From NCBI GenBank assembly GCA_029259155.1, contig JAPDJI010000004.1:18339-82338 (forward strand): 64,000 nucleotides of DNA, read 5' to 3'. The position numbers were made by a program, and so were the translations under genes. Below the pieces are notes generated by a model. The model was not told where the DNA came from. It ran no database searches and was given only the letters and a program-made list of their open reading frames with translations. Of this stretch, positions 30,530 to 40,622 are shown piece by piece (the stretch's first letter is position 1; every line of letters begins with the position of its first letter). This stretch comes from Candidatus Methanomethylicia archaeon. GTDB lineage: Archaea; Thermoproteota; Methanomethylicia; Nezhaarchaeales; B40-G2.

Positions 30530-31966
30530 TTAGATATTGAACTTACTTAGATCAACGATTTTATCTTCGACTCTAGACAGTTCTTCAGCTAAGCAATAAG
30601 CTATATTAAGTGCTTTTTCTCCCACCTTCACTGTCAAAGACCTCTTCTTCACCATTTCTTTCAACTCTTCTTCGTCTATTACCTTAACACCTTGTTTAGG
30701 ACTCCATACGACGTCTATGCATAGATCCACGTACTTGATCTTCCCTGGCTTAATTTCAGGCGGTGTAGATATGTTGTAGTAAACCCCTTTCAGGACCATG
30801 TTTCGAGAGTAATAAACAGTACGAGATACCCAGCATCCTTCCTTAAACAAGGTGATGCCGTAATCCCCTTCCTCTTTTACTTCACCCAACCCGTCATAAA
30901 CTCCTCCTCCCTTAAACCTCCTCTCCACCATAACTTCTCCGTTTTTCACCTCAATGGTCTTGCCTGGTCTTAAGCTGTAAGCCCTCCCGTCAGGTTTGAT
31001 GTGGATTATTTCCATGAACCTGCCAGGCTTTATGGCTTTTTTGAACATATAGTCAGAGGCTTTTACGAAGTTTTCTCTAGATAGAGCTTCATTCAAGGCT
31101 TCAAGGAGATCAACTGTGAGGGAGTATGGTTTACCCCAAGTTTTGAATAAGTGGTGTCTAGGTATAGTGGTACAAACTTCGCTTCTCAATTCATCAAGCT
31201 TTTTTTGTGAGCCTCCAGGGAACATTAGCTCAGCTACTTTATCGCCCTCAAATATCAATGAGGGCGCTTGTTGTTGTTCAGCTATCTTTAGAGCCTCCTC
31301 AGCTCGATGTTTGAGCTCTTCTACTTCTCTCATCAACTCCTCCATACTGGCATATTGAGCGCTCCGCCTCCACCTGAGGCCCCATCCTTCAGGCTTAATC
31401 ATCCTTCCTAGAGCCAACAACTCCATAGCTTTACCTCTTTTCTTGATCCCGGCGCTCAGGGTGATTTCCTGTCCTGGTAATAACTTAGCGTAGCGGCCTA
31501 CCACCCTTAGCCCTAGGGAGAGGATGGGTTTGTTAGGTAAACACTTAACGACTGTAACCAATACTTCCTGCCCAGGGCTTAGATGATGTTTAGGTAGTAG
31601 TCCTTTGTCTTCACCTAAGTTTACCCAGCAGCCTTCGTCCACCTTCTTCTCAGCTACGCCCTTATAAACAGCGTTAACGCATGGTTTAAGTTCCCTTACG
31701 ATGACGTCTGGGAGCTCCTCCACTAGGAGCTCAGTTATTTTCTTAATCCCTTCTGCCTTACCTTCCAATGTTACGCCTTCCTTGCTGGGGAGGTCATAGA
31801 TGTCAATATCAGGAGGTTCCACTAGCTTCTCGAGTTTAAACCTCGACATGATAGTCTCTGAGCACTGCGTAGGGTAGAAGCCTCTGGAGATTAGGAGCTT
31901 CGTCAAAGCTGTAGAATATATCCCCCTAATCCTGAAAAGCAGCGGCGTGGAAAGCACCCCTGTCAT
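30530..31966 (-). CDS. FAU-1/RNase E/G-like RNA-binding protein with C-terminal DUF402
   Basis: The N-terminal LFRIRGIYSTALTKLL block matches FAU-1. The C-terminus (YYNISTPP...KYVDLCIDVVW) resembles DUF402. The start is taken at the internal Met. Confidence 0.6.
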   Translation of the reverse strand: MTGVLSTPLLFRIRGIYSTALTKLLISRGFYPTQCSETIMSRFKLEKLVEPPDIDIYDLPSKEGVTLEGKAEGIKKITELLVEELPDVIVRELKPCVNAVYKGVAEKKVDEGCWVNLGEDKGLLPKHHLSPGQEVLVTVVKCLPNKPILSLGLRVVGRYAKLLPGQEITLSAGIKKRGKAMELLALGRMIKPEGWGLRWRRSAQYASMEELMREVEELKHRAEEALKIAEQQQAPSLIFEGDKVAELMFPGGSQKKLDELRSEVCTTIPRHHLFKTWGKPYSLTVDLLEALNEALSRENFVKASDYMFKKAIKPGRFMEIIHIKPDGRAYSLRPGKTIEVKNGEVMVERRFKGGGVYDGLGEVKEEGDYGITLFKEGCWVSRTVYYSRNMVLKGVYYNISTPPEIKPGKIKYVDLCIDVVWSPKQGVKVIDEEELKEMVKKRSLTVKVGEKALNIAYCLAEELSRVEDKIVDLSKFNI

Positions 31967-32079
31967 CTTTGGAAGGTTAAAGGAGCAGAGCCCTATGTGC
32001 TTAACGCTTATAAACTTGAACGTGTACATGTGGTCTGAATACGACTCATCCTTATAAGCCTCTTAGGAGGTGCTCCTAA

Positions 32080-32364
32080 ATGTCCACGGTTCCTGAAGGA
32101 TTAAACCCTGAACAAAGAATACAACAAGCTATTGCCGTGTTGCAACGCATTGCTGACGATTTAGGGGTTCCACGTAACATTAGGAGAGCTTGTAGCGAGT
32201 CTATTAAGATTCTTCAGTCAAAGAAGGATAGTCCTGCTCTTCGAGCTTCTAATGTCATAAGCGTGTTGGATGAGTGTAGCCAAGACCCTAACATACCGCT
32301 TTTCGCTCGAACCGCTATTTGGCAAGCCGTCTCTCTCCTTGAAGGAATAAGGGATGAGGGGTAA
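32080..32364 (+). CDS. UPF0147-family small archaeal protein
   Basis: 94 aa. Preceded by a GGAGGTG Shine-Dalgarno-like sequence. Confidence 0.45.
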   Translation: MSTVPEGLNPEQRIQQAIAVLQRIADDLGVPRNIRRACSESIKILQSKKDSPALRASNVISVLDECSQDPNIPLFARTAIWQAVSLLEGIRDEG

Positions 32365-32397
32365 GGACTAGGTATAGAACCATCAGGGGTTTAGGAT

Positions 32398-32766
32398 TTG
32401 GGACAGGGACGTAAAGATGACGTGTCGAGAATGGTAGACTTGCTTAGAAGCGGAGCTGTAATGTTAGCTGAGACTTGCCCAGTTTGCCATACACCTCTTT
32501 TTAAGTTGAAGAGCGGCGATGTATACTGTGCTGCCTGCGAGAAAAAAGTCTTAATAGTGAAGGAGGGGGAGGCAGGGGAGTTTAAGGTTCTCCAGCTTTC
32601 TACTATAATGGATTTAGATAGGACAATATTTGCTAAGCTAGCTGAGCTTAACGATATGATCAGGCATGAAAGCGATGTAGATAGGCTCTATGAGCTGGCG
32701 AGATGTTTGATCGCTTGGCTTGAAGCCCTAGATAGGGTCAAGAAGCTCAAGGAGGACCTCAGCTAG
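32398..32766 (+). CDS. Zn-ribbon protein of the UPF0148 / autoantigen-p27 family
   Basis: 122 aa. Has a CPVCHTPLF...CAAC zinc ribbon. Confidence 0.5.
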   Translation: MGQGRKDDVSRMVDLLRSGAVMLAETCPVCHTPLFKLKSGDVYCAACEKKVLIVKEGEAGEFKVLQLSTIMDLDRTIFAKLAELNDMIRHESDVDRLYELARCLIAWLEALDRVKKLKEDLS

Positions 32767-33103
32767 GCAAGCTATATTCTATTTTTAAGCGTTTGGCCCC
32801 TTTAACTTCTATTACTGTCCAAGGATTCTGTCTCCTAAACTTCCACTTGACGGCTATGAACGGCTTTAACCCGAAGGCCTGGCAAAACTCTAGGAGCGCT
32901 TTCACTTCTCCCTCACTTAGGTATATGCGGTTAGCCTTGGTTTCCTTGACTTGATACCCTCTACGGTCTTCTCCCTTAGCGGCCAGTATATCACAAGGTA
33001 GACCTCTGCCACCACTGATGGGTATTCTTACAACATAGAAGCCTTCTTTACGAAGGTTTTCCATTAACTCTACTTCGGCTCTATAACCTTTGCGGAAAGC
33101 CAA
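32759..33103 (-). CDS. hjc: Holliday junction resolvase Hjc
   Basis: Motifs KGYRAEVEL..L...GFYVVRIPISG....CDILAA ... YQVKETK match Hjc active-site blocks. Confidence 0.7.
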   Translation of the reverse strand: MAFRKGYRAEVELMENLRKEGFYVVRIPISGGRGLPCDILAAKGEDRRGYQVKETKANRIYLSEGEVKALLEFCQAFGLKPFIAVKWKFRRQNPWTVIEVKGAKRLKIEYSLPS

Positions 33104-33118
33104 GCCTTGACAACCTCC

Positions 33119-34420
33119 TCAAGGAGTTAGCCTCCATTTATCTCTTGGATATAGGACTACTTCCCTTATGTTTTCACGTCCCGTTATTATCATTAGTAGT
33201 CTTGCTAGTCCTAGTCCCCATCCTGCGTGGGGTGGCATGCCGTAGTCGTAGCATTTAAGGTGGTGTTTGAAGTTTTCTGGGTTTAGTCCTTGTTCTTCTA
33301 GGCGTTTTATTAACTGGTCTTTGCGGTGTATGCGTCGCCCGCCGGAGGCTATCTCGAGCCAGCCGTACATTAAGTCGAAGCTATAGGAAAGCTTAGGATC
33401 ATCCTCCCTAGGCATAATATAGAAAGGCTTAAGATGAGTAGGCCAATCAACGATGAAGAAGGGCTCGTTAAAGAACTCTCCTAGGATTCTTAGAGCAGGA
33501 GTTGAAAGATCTTCACCCCACCCTATTTCTAGCCCTTTCCTTCTTAAGACTTCAAGTGCATCATCATAAGTTAGCTTCTTAAACGGAGGAGCTAGGTCTT
33601 CCAACCTCCTACCAAGTGTTTTTAGTTCATCGGGACACCTCTCCTTCACACCTCTGAAGATGAATGTTAAATACTCCTCGAGAAGCTTCATGACGTCTTC
33701 CTCATCAGCAAAAGCCTCCTCTATGTCTAGAGATAGGAACTCGTTTAAATGATAAGTAGTGTTGGATTCCTCGGCTCTGAAAAACAAGCCTATTTCAAAA
33801 ACCTTCTCTAGCGACCCTGTTAACTCCTCCTTATAGAGCTGAGGGCTTTGCGCTAAGTAAGCCTTAGAACCGAAGTAATCGATGGAGAAAAGCGTTGCTC
33901 CTCCCTCTGTAGCAGTAGCTAATATTCTAGGTGTCACTACCTCTATGAAGCCTCTTGACGAGAAGAATTCCCTTGTCAACTGGATCAAGTGGTGATGTAT
34001 AATGAACACAGCCTTTTCTTCAGGTCTTCTAAGATCTATGAAACGTGAATCTAACCTAGTGTTAAGCTCTGCAGGTATCTTACCTGTAGGGTCCAAGGGG
34101 AGAGGGCTGAGAGCTTCGTTTATAACTTCCACTTTGTATGGAATAACTTCGACCCCTAACTTGGCTTTACTGCTTTTTTTAACTACCCCCTCTACTGCTA
34201 TGACGCTCTCCTTGGTAAGTTTCCCTATGGTCTCAAAGATTTCTTCGGGGATTTCCTTGGCCTTAGCTGTTACTTGAACTACGCCTTCACGATCCCTTAA
34301 GAGAAGGAACCGTATGCCTCCTAGGTCTCTTACCTCGTGAACCCATCCCACTAACCTAATCTTCGTGTCTTCAAGCTCAGCGTTAACCTGAGATGTGTAG
34401 TGTGTCCTCTTAAAGGACAT
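33119..34420 (-). CDS. aspS: aspartyl-tRNA synthetase, archaeal type (possibly non-discriminating)
   Basis: 433 aa class IIb aaRS. Has an N-terminal OB fold, FRAEESNTTYHLNEF, and GGRRIHR. Confidence 0.75.
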   Translation of the reverse strand: MSFKRTHYTSQVNAELEDTKIRLVGWVHEVRDLGGIRFLLLRDREGVVQVTAKAKEIPEEIFETIGKLTKESVIAVEGVVKKSSKAKLGVEVIPYKVEVINEALSPLPLDPTGKIPAELNTRLDSRFIDLRRPEEKAVFIIHHHLIQLTREFFSSRGFIEVVTPRILATATEGGATLFSIDYFGSKAYLAQSPQLYKEELTGSLEKVFEIGLFFRAEESNTTYHLNEFLSLDIEEAFADEEDVMKLLEEYLTFIFRGVKERCPDELKTLGRRLEDLAPPFKKLTYDDALEVLRRKGLEIGWGEDLSTPALRILGEFFNEPFFIVDWPTHLKPFYIMPREDDPKLSYSFDLMYGWLEIASGGRRIHRKDQLIKRLEEQGLNPENFKHHLKCYDYGMPPHAGWGLGLARLLMIITGRENIREVVLYPRDKWRLTP

Positions 34421-34513
34421 CTTCCTCAGCCATTTCGCCTTAAGGCTTGTTAGGCTTAAGTAGGTGGCCGCTTATATAAACCCTCATCTAGTAGGTCGTG
34501 GGAAGGGGTTGGT

Positions 34514-34948
34514 TTGTCGATAGTTAGCGATGCGACCCGCAGGTTTGCCATGGAGTTCTCTTCGCTATTAGGTAAGAGCGTAGAGGTTAGGACTGTACAG
34601 GGTAAGGTCTATGAAGGTAAACTGTTGGCCTATGACCATTCTAACCTAAACTTATGCTTAGCCGATGCTAAGGATGAGTCAGGGAAGATTTTCTCGAGGG
34701 TCTTTATAAGCGGAGGGACCGTGGCTGAAATCATTAGGAAGGAGGAACCCTTTGATCTTAGAGGACTGGCTGAAGCCCTTGAAAAGACGTTTCCCAGAAT
34801 GGTAACGCTACACGAGGAAGCAGGTGTTATAACCATCATGGATAGGGTTAGAATAACTGAACAGGGCGTAGTTGAAGGTTCAGGACCAGTGGCTGAGAGG
34901 GCTAAGAAGATTTTTGAAGAGTTTGTTAGCTCTAAGCGAGCTGGCTAG
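34514..34948 (+). CDS. Sm-like archaeal protein with C-terminal extension (SmAP3-like)
   Basis: Has an N-terminal Sm fold (GKSVEVRTVQGKVYEGKLLAYDHSNLNLCLADA) plus a roughly 70-aa C-domain. Confidence 0.5.
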   Translation: MSIVSDATRRFAMEFSSLLGKSVEVRTVQGKVYEGKLLAYDHSNLNLCLADAKDESGKIFSRVFISGGTVAEIIRKEEPFDLRGLAEALEKTFPRMVTLHEEAGVITIMDRVRITEQGVVEGSGPVAERAKKIFEEFVSSKRAG

Positions 34949-34962
34949 GTGTAAATAACATC

Positions 34963-36600
34963 CTAAGTTTTTTCCTTAATTTTGTTTAAAAGTTCCATGA
35001 CTGACTTGGATAGTTCTTCTATACTTTGTCTGCTCCAAGGTTTTTCATCCATGGAAGTAGCCTTAAAAATCAAGTTTTTGTTTAAACAGGTTTTAAGGAC
35101 AGCAAGGTAAACCGTTGTACCCCATTCTATTGATGGGTCGTGGTGATAGAGCACCGCCTTATAATGAGCCTTACCTATATAGTCAGCTATGTCATTAGCT
35201 ATGCGAGTTGCTAGCTCTTTATCTATGAAGGGTGGCCCCTCATGTTGAGAAGCAGGGTAGACTTCATCTAGCTCTAAGGGCACTATACCTAGAGCTGTAT
35301 AGATACATAAATGCACTCTTCCTAGATCCTCTTCCAACTCTCTGCTTAATCTACTTAAAACGTTCCTGACTTTCTTGTTCCTTGTGTATGGCTTGGAGCT
35401 TGCTGGCGGGAGGAGTAATAAAATGCTGGCTTCGCGAGGAGGTTTGAAACGTTCCTTAACCCTCCTCCTAAACCTTTCAGCTTCGGGGCGAGTTAATGAG
35501 AAATTATCATAAAAGAATAGCCCTCTCCTCTTTGAGAGTGGAGTAAACCTCTCGAAGATCTCTACATACTTGTTTAGCTTTGCGAGAGCTGACTTCATAG
35601 AGGGATGCGTCCTTGCTCTAGCTTCTAGTAGCTCCCAAAGTCTTCCTTCGGCTATCGCCTGCTTAACTCTCCTAATTTCTGCTAAACAGGCGTAAAGGTT
35701 GTGTCTAGCTAAGTTCCTCTCAGCCTCTTCATCGGGCATCTCTCGAAGCTCTTCGGGACTAAGCTTTGAACAAACAGGACATGAACAGGGGAGATAGTCA
35801 AGGTCTTCAAGCCTTAAGGTCCCTCCCTCATACATATACCTTCTCTGCTTAGCGTAAATGGCATAGGAAGCAGAGTCGAAGGTATCACATCCTAGAGCAG
35901 CAGCTAGAGGAAACATCATGGGGTGTCCAGCTCCAAAAAGGTGGAAAGGCTTGGTTATCGGTAGACAAGTTTTAGCCGTCAATATCATGTCGACGAGAAG
36001 ATCGAACATATATTGTTCCATTACCCTCGTGGGGCTTCCTAAAGCATACATATGAAAAGGCAACTTAGCTATTTCTTCAGCACTTCTTTTAACTAGATCT
36101 AGCCAAGTCCCTCCTTGAACAGGGCCTACCCAGAGGGTCTTCTTCTTTTTCTTTACGAGGAATAGTTCTCGAGCTCTACGTAGGGTTTCCTCCACCGTCT
36201 GCTCTGCTTTGGCTCTATTTACCTTGAAGCCTGTGGGCACATCCAATATCACCGCTATGTCTGATCCTATCTTTTCCTGGAACTCAATTACCTCCTCAGG
36301 GGTAGTCTCCACCCTTCCATAGACTAGTAATTGGTAGGCGCCGGAATCTGTCATCACCACGCCTGGGTAGTCCAGCAGTTTATGTACCCCTTTCTCCTCA
36401 GCTTCCTTCTTCTTTCTCCTTAGTAGGACGTAAGCATTCGTTATCACTGACCTAAACCCCATTTCGTAGAGTTCTCTGGGCGTAATGATTTGTTGAACTG
36501 GATTTACGACGGGTAATAGAGCTGGTGTTTCAAAAGTACCTGTCTTGGTTTTTATGTACCCTATCCTCCCAAGTAGGTCATGGTGTTTAACCTCGAACAT
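34963..36600 (-). CDS. tgtA: archaeosine tRNA-guanine transglycosylase
   Basis: 545 aa. Has a TGT core, Zn-site CSCPVC, and an archaeal-type C-terminal extension. Confidence 0.8.
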   Translation of the reverse strand: MFEVKHHDLLGRIGYIKTKTGTFETPALLPVVNPVQQIITPRELYEMGFRSVITNAYVLLRRKKKEAEEKGVHKLLDYPGVVMTDSGAYQLLVYGRVETTPEEVIEFQEKIGSDIAVILDVPTGFKVNRAKAEQTVEETLRRARELFLVKKKKKTLWVGPVQGGTWLDLVKRSAEEIAKLPFHMYALGSPTRVMEQYMFDLLVDMILTAKTCLPITKPFHLFGAGHPMMFPLAAALGCDTFDSASYAIYAKQRRYMYEGGTLRLEDLDYLPCSCPVCSKLSPEELREMPDEEAERNLARHNLYACLAEIRRVKQAIAEGRLWELLEARARTHPSMKSALAKLNKYVEIFERFTPLSKRRGLFFYDNFSLTRPEAERFRRRVKERFKPPREASILLLLPPASSKPYTRNKKVRNVLSRLSRELEEDLGRVHLCIYTALGIVPLELDEVYPASQHEGPPFIDKELATRIANDIADYIGKAHYKAVLYHHDPSIEWGTTVYLAVLKTCLNKNLIFKATSMDEKPWSRQSIEELSKSVMELLNKIKEKT

Positions 36601-36610
36601 CCCTAGCCCC

Positions 36611-37378
36611 TTAGATATAGGCCTGGCTCTCTGCTCTTCTTTCTGCCTCTCTTCTCTCTAAGAACTCCTTTACTTCCTGCTCAATTCTTTCAGCATCCTT
36701 TACTAGCTCTGTATAGTCCACGTTGAGTCCGTAGAGTTCATTAAGCAAAGCTATGGAATTGGCTGCCGCTAAAGGATCAGGCCTACTCATGTTGGCGTAG
36801 GGAAGCAGAGCTACAGCGGGAAAGTCTCTAACCTCGAAGCGGTGGAGCATCATAGCTAGGGGTCCTGTTATTAGAAGACCTTTCTCTATCACTGGGACTC
36901 TTAATCCTCTCGCCTTAACATAAGCTTCTGTGGCAGCACACCTCATTTTATCATCACCTCTCTTAAAACGTTGATCGAGTCCACCTATCAATACAGCTTC
37001 TTCGAACCCACCATCTACAACCCAGTCGACGATCGACCTGAAAAGACCATACTGATCCTTAGAGGGAGGGATAGCTTCAGCTATAAAGAACATGAAGTTT
37101 TCGTGTTCATAGAGCTGAAGAGGTGAGATAAGTCTCTCGCCATCCATCCAGACTAGAGGCGGTAGTGAAGGAGTCTCGATGACCCCTATTGGGCGTGCTT
37201 TAAGGGAGGAGACCAGGTGTTTGAGAGCTATATACCCTGTAAAGCCTACTCCTTGGAATCCTGTTATGAAAACCTTCCATTTTTTGCCTTCAACCTCCTT
37301 CTTCAAAGAGACCTTCACTTTCAAGACCACCACCTGCCTCAATGGGGAAAGTTTATTAACGAACCTCTCTAAACCCAC
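36611..37378 (-). CDS. PAC2-family protein (proteasome assembly chaperone-like)
   Basis: 255 aa. Has an ITGFQGVGFTGYIA N-terminal Gly-rich motif. Confidence 0.55.
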   Translation of the reverse strand: MGLERFVNKLSPLRQVVVLKVKVSLKKEVEGKKWKVFITGFQGVGFTGYIALKHLVSSLKARPIGVIETPSLPPLVWMDGERLISPLQLYEHENFMFFIAEAIPPSKDQYGLFRSIVDWVVDGGFEEAVLIGGLDQRFKRGDDKMRCAATEAYVKARGLRVPVIEKGLLITGPLAMMLHRFEVRDFPAVALLPYANMSRPDPLAAANSIALLNELYGLNVDYTELVKDAERIEQEVKEFLERREAERRAESQAYI

Positions 37379-37402
37379 TGGGCTAAAAAGTATAGAGCGC
37401 TG

Positions 37403-38683
37403 ATGGTCTTGGATAACGGGAACGTTAAGCTAGCCTTCCTCGGTGGAGGAAGAGAAGTAGGCAGATCTGCTGTGTGGGTTAGGGGTGAGAAGGCTTCAAT
37501 ACTTTTAGATTACGGTGTACGGGTCGGTGACCCTGAGCCGCTCTTTCCGCTTCATGTTCCTCCAAAGGAGCTAGACGCTATTGTCCTGAGTCACGCTCAC
37601 CTAGACCACTCAGGCGCTCTCCCCCTACTCTACGTTAGTTACCCCCGTCCCCTCTACATGACTAGCTTGTCTGCCAAGATGCTTGACTTCCTTCTTAAAG
37701 ACTTTATGAACTTATCCAAATACTACATACCTTATGAACAAACTGACGTAAATCGTATGTTTAGGCATATGCGTGCTGTTAAGCCTGGAAGCAAAGTAAA
37801 GGTTGGGAATGTTAAGCTAACCTTTGCCGATGCTGGCCATATCCCTGGCGGTCTGCAAGTATTGGTAGAGGTAGATGGTAAGAGGATCCTGTACACAGGC
37901 GATATAAACACTATTGACACCAGACTCCTAAAGGGAGCTAAACCTTTCAATGAAGAGTTAGACGTGTTAGTGGTTGAAGCTACATATGCCGGTGTAGATC
38001 ACCCTGATAGGGAGGAGCTTGAAAAAGAATTCGTAGAGTCAGTGGTCGAAGTCGTAGAGGATGGAGGAGTGGTGCTCGTACCTGCTTTCTCTGTGGGTAG
38101 AGCCCAGGAAATTTTATGTGTCCTTACTGCTTACTCGTTCAACCACACTATCTACCTTGACGGTATGGCTAGGGCTATAAGCCAAGTTTTCTTAGATCAT
38201 CCTCGCTTCTTCAGGGACTATGGCTTGCTTAAGAAGGCTTTAGAAAAAGCCATATGGATTAATGGGAAGGGGGATAGAAAGCGAGCTTGCCGCAAACCGG
38301 GAGTTATCATAGCACCTGCTGGCATGTTGAAAGGTGGCCCTGCGGTACAGTATCTTAAGAGGATGGCGGAAGATGAGCGCAATGCCGTCTTCTTGGTAAG
38401 CTACCAAATACCTGGAACTCCGGGACACATCTTGCTAAATACAGGTAAGTTTCCGTTCAACAATGAACTTAAGCCTATCAAGGCTTCGATTAAGTGGTTC
38501 GACTTCTCTTCTCATGTAGGAGATAGGCAGCTTTGGGAAGTTTTGAAAGCAGTTAAAGGAAATCCAAGGGTATTTGTTATTCACGGCGAGGATCAAGCCT
38601 GTACAATGTTGGCTGAGAGAGTTTCCTTAGAGCTTGGATTAGAAGCTATGGCACCTAGGAATGGGGAGGTATTCAAGGTTTAA
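37403..38683 (+). CDS. beta-CASP MBL-fold ribonuclease (aCPSF2/RNase J-like)
   Basis: 426 aa. Has the HAHLDHSG motif and beta-CASP motifs. Confidence 0.7.
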   Translation: MVLDNGNVKLAFLGGGREVGRSAVWVRGEKASILLDYGVRVGDPEPLFPLHVPPKELDAIVLSHAHLDHSGALPLLYVSYPRPLYMTSLSAKMLDFLLKDFMNLSKYYIPYEQTDVNRMFRHMRAVKPGSKVKVGNVKLTFADAGHIPGGLQVLVEVDGKRILYTGDINTIDTRLLKGAKPFNEELDVLVVEATYAGVDHPDREELEKEFVESVVEVVEDGGVVLVPAFSVGRAQEILCVLTAYSFNHTIYLDGMARAISQVFLDHPRFFRDYGLLKKALEKAIWINGKGDRKRACRKPGVIIAPAGMLKGGPAVQYLKRMAEDERNAVFLVSYQIPGTPGHILLNTGKFPFNNELKPIKASIKWFDFSSHVGDRQLWEVLKAVKGNPRVFVIHGEDQACTMLAERVSLELGLEAMAPRNGEVFKV

Positions 38684-39492
38684 TGGAGAAGGTTAATCCC
38701 TCAGCACTCATTGTTCCTCTACTTTTCCTCTTTCCTCTTTCAACACTTTTTTTATGGCTACTTCAGCCGCTTGGAGATCTATTCATCGTGGACGAGGCTC
38801 CTACAACCCTCACAAGTACATCTCTACTGATCGGGATCTCTGTGGGCTTAGCCTTGGCTGTATGCTTCCTCAAAGCTGCTCCGCGTAAAATGTTCTTTCT
38901 TAAGGTTCTTCTCTGTGTCAGCTGGTCTCTTCTCTACATGGGACTTTTCACTCTTTACTTTACAGCTCTGTTCTTGAAACTCTGGCCTCTTGACTTAGCC
39001 TTGCTCTATGCTATGCCTTTGGCCTTGGCTTCTTTCATAGTCCTATTTCTCTTAAACCGTAGGCTTGGCGGCTTTTTCTCCCGTTTTTCGGTTGTTCTGA
39101 TGGCTTCCTTGACTGGTCCCTTTTTAGCCATCGTGCTCCCTATACTTTGGTTTATGTTATTGGCATCGATAGCCGTTATTTACGATGTCTTAGCTGCTAA
39201 GAGAGGCTTCTTAGGTACTTTAGCTGAAGGTGTTGTCAAGGAGGGTGTTGTAGGCTTGACTTACCCTACAGGGAAGGTCCATATAGGTTTAGGAGACCTT
39301 ATACTAGCTTCAGCTATTTTCTCTGCTAGTTTATGTTTAAATTGGCTCTTAGCCTCTACGGTCGCGTTTATGCTCCTCCTTGGCATGTACCTTAACGCGC
39401 TTCTCTTAAGATACTGGAAGGTTCTGCCGGGGACGCCGCTAACGATAGGTTTAGCTCTGGTGGTTATGGCTATCTTCTTTATGTTGGCTTAA
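38683..39492 (+). CDS. polytopic membrane protein, presenilin/signal-peptide-peptidase-like (YD ... GLGD motifs)
   Basis: 269 aa with about 8 TM helices. Has VIYDV and IGLGDLILAS in adjacent helices. The start overlaps the upstream stop. Confidence 0.45.
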   Translation: MEKVNPSALIVPLLFLFPLSTLFLWLLQPLGDLFIVDEAPTTLTSTSLLIGISVGLALAVCFLKAAPRKMFFLKVLLCVSWSLLYMGLFTLYFTALFLKLWPLDLALLYAMPLALASFIVLFLLNRRLGGFFSRFSVVLMASLTGPFLAIVLPILWFMLLASIAVIYDVLAAKRGFLGTLAEGVVKEGVVGLTYPTGKVHIGLGDLILASAIFSASLCLNWLLASTVAFMLLLGMYLNALLLRYWKVLPGTPLTIGLALVVMAIFFMLA

Positions 39493-39680
39493 AGCTCCAC
39501 AACGGGACATTTCAACCTGGCAGTCAACTCTTTAGCTTCTTCCTCCTTTACCTTAATAACGAAAAGCTTTTTGGCTCTAAGTTTAAGCTTAACCATCCCT
39601 GCCCTCTTGACTACTCTACATTCCTTTGCTTTCGCTGAGAGAGTTATGAATTGATCCTTATCGAATACTTCAACTGGCAT
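39489..39680 (-). CDS. rpl38e: ribosomal protein L38e
   Basis: MPVEVFDKDQFITLSAKAKECRVVKRAGMVKLKLRAKKLFVIKVKEEEAKELTARL aligns with eukaryotic and crenarchaeal L38e. Confidence 0.7.
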   Translation of the reverse strand: MPVEVFDKDQFITLSAKAKECRVVKRAGMVKLKLRAKKLFVIKVKEEEAKELTARLKCPVVEL

Positions 39681-39706
39681 ATACTCGGCCTCCATACTTG
39701 GCTTAG

Positions 39707-39780
39707 TGGGCCGGCCCGGATTCGAACCGGGGACCAACCGCGTGTGAGGCGGTTATCCTAGCCAACTAGACCACCGGCCC
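39707..39780 (-). tRNA. tRNA-Val (anticodon CAC)
   Basis: GGGCCGG TG GTCT AGTTGGCTA GGAT A ACCGC CU-CAC-AC GCGGT TGGTC CCCGG TTCGAAT CCGGG CCGGCCC A. Confidence 0.75.
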
Positions 39781-40023
39781 GTCAAGGTGGAGGTAGTGGG
39801 GCTTTAATAAAACCTACCTCTTTAAGGCTCTATGCTTCCACCTTAAATTATGGCTTTTGCATCTTCTACACTTCTCGGCTGAGGGAGGGTTGCGGGCGCC
39901 ACACTCCCTACATATCTTAACGAATAGAAGTTTCTGTTGCGCGATTTGTAGTTTTTCAGGATCGGTGATGGGCATCCTTTCTCACCATGGTCTCCTCTAC
40001 TCGAGGAGTAGTTCGATTTAAGC

Positions 40024-40488
40024 TTACTCCTTTATGGTCTCGATAACTATATGGGACGAAGTATGTATAACACCTTCCATTTTTGAGAGCTCCCTTAACA
40101 CGCTCGCCAGTAGGTTTTGCTCTAGAACTAGGACAAGGTCCACTTCACCTGTCACTCTGTACACCTGCTCTATCGGCATCTTCAGTATTTTCTCGTATAC
40201 TTGTTCTCTTAGTCGAGGCTCGATCTTGACGAAGATGAAGGAGTTTGCCCTCTCTACACCTAGAAATTCCAGCGCCTTAGTGGTTAGCTCAATGAAACCT
40301 CGACCTGTCCTCACAAGCTCTTCCTCTCTTAAACGATGTAGATGCATGTTCAAGGCTTGACGAGTGATACCAAGTTCCTTTGCAAGCTCGCTTTGAGGCT
40401 TGTCCACGGTATATACCTTAATTCCACGGCTCATTAAGTATAGCTTGTACAGGATCTCTCGTTGTCGTTGGGTTATTGCCTCCTCCAA
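40024..40488 (-). CDS. Lrp/AsnC-family transcriptional regulator
   Basis: Has an HTH (LAKELGITRQALNMHLHRL) plus a C-terminal RAM domain. Confidence 0.7.
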   Translation of the reverse strand: MEEAITQRQREILYKLYLMSRGIKVYTVDKPQSELAKELGITRQALNMHLHRLREEELVRTGRGFIELTTKALEFLGVERANSFIFVKIEPRLREQVYEKILKMPIEQVYRVTGEVDLVLVLEQNLLASVLRELSKMEGVIHTSSHIVIETIKE

Positions 40489-40622
40489 GCCTCTCCTCCG
40501 TCCTCAGCCTTGACTTATGGTTTTCCGTCAATTAAAACCTTGTCCTACCTCCAAGCCTCTAAGCCTTAAAGGCTAAGCTTTTTTAACCTAGTGGGCGGCC
40601 TGCTACACTCCGTAGAAGAGAG

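Noticed and set aside
39985-40015. Short inverted repeat CTACTC-GAG-GAGTAG at the 3' end of the Lrp gene
   Set aside because: A 6-bp arm is too short to argue for a regulatory site or terminator without other evidence.
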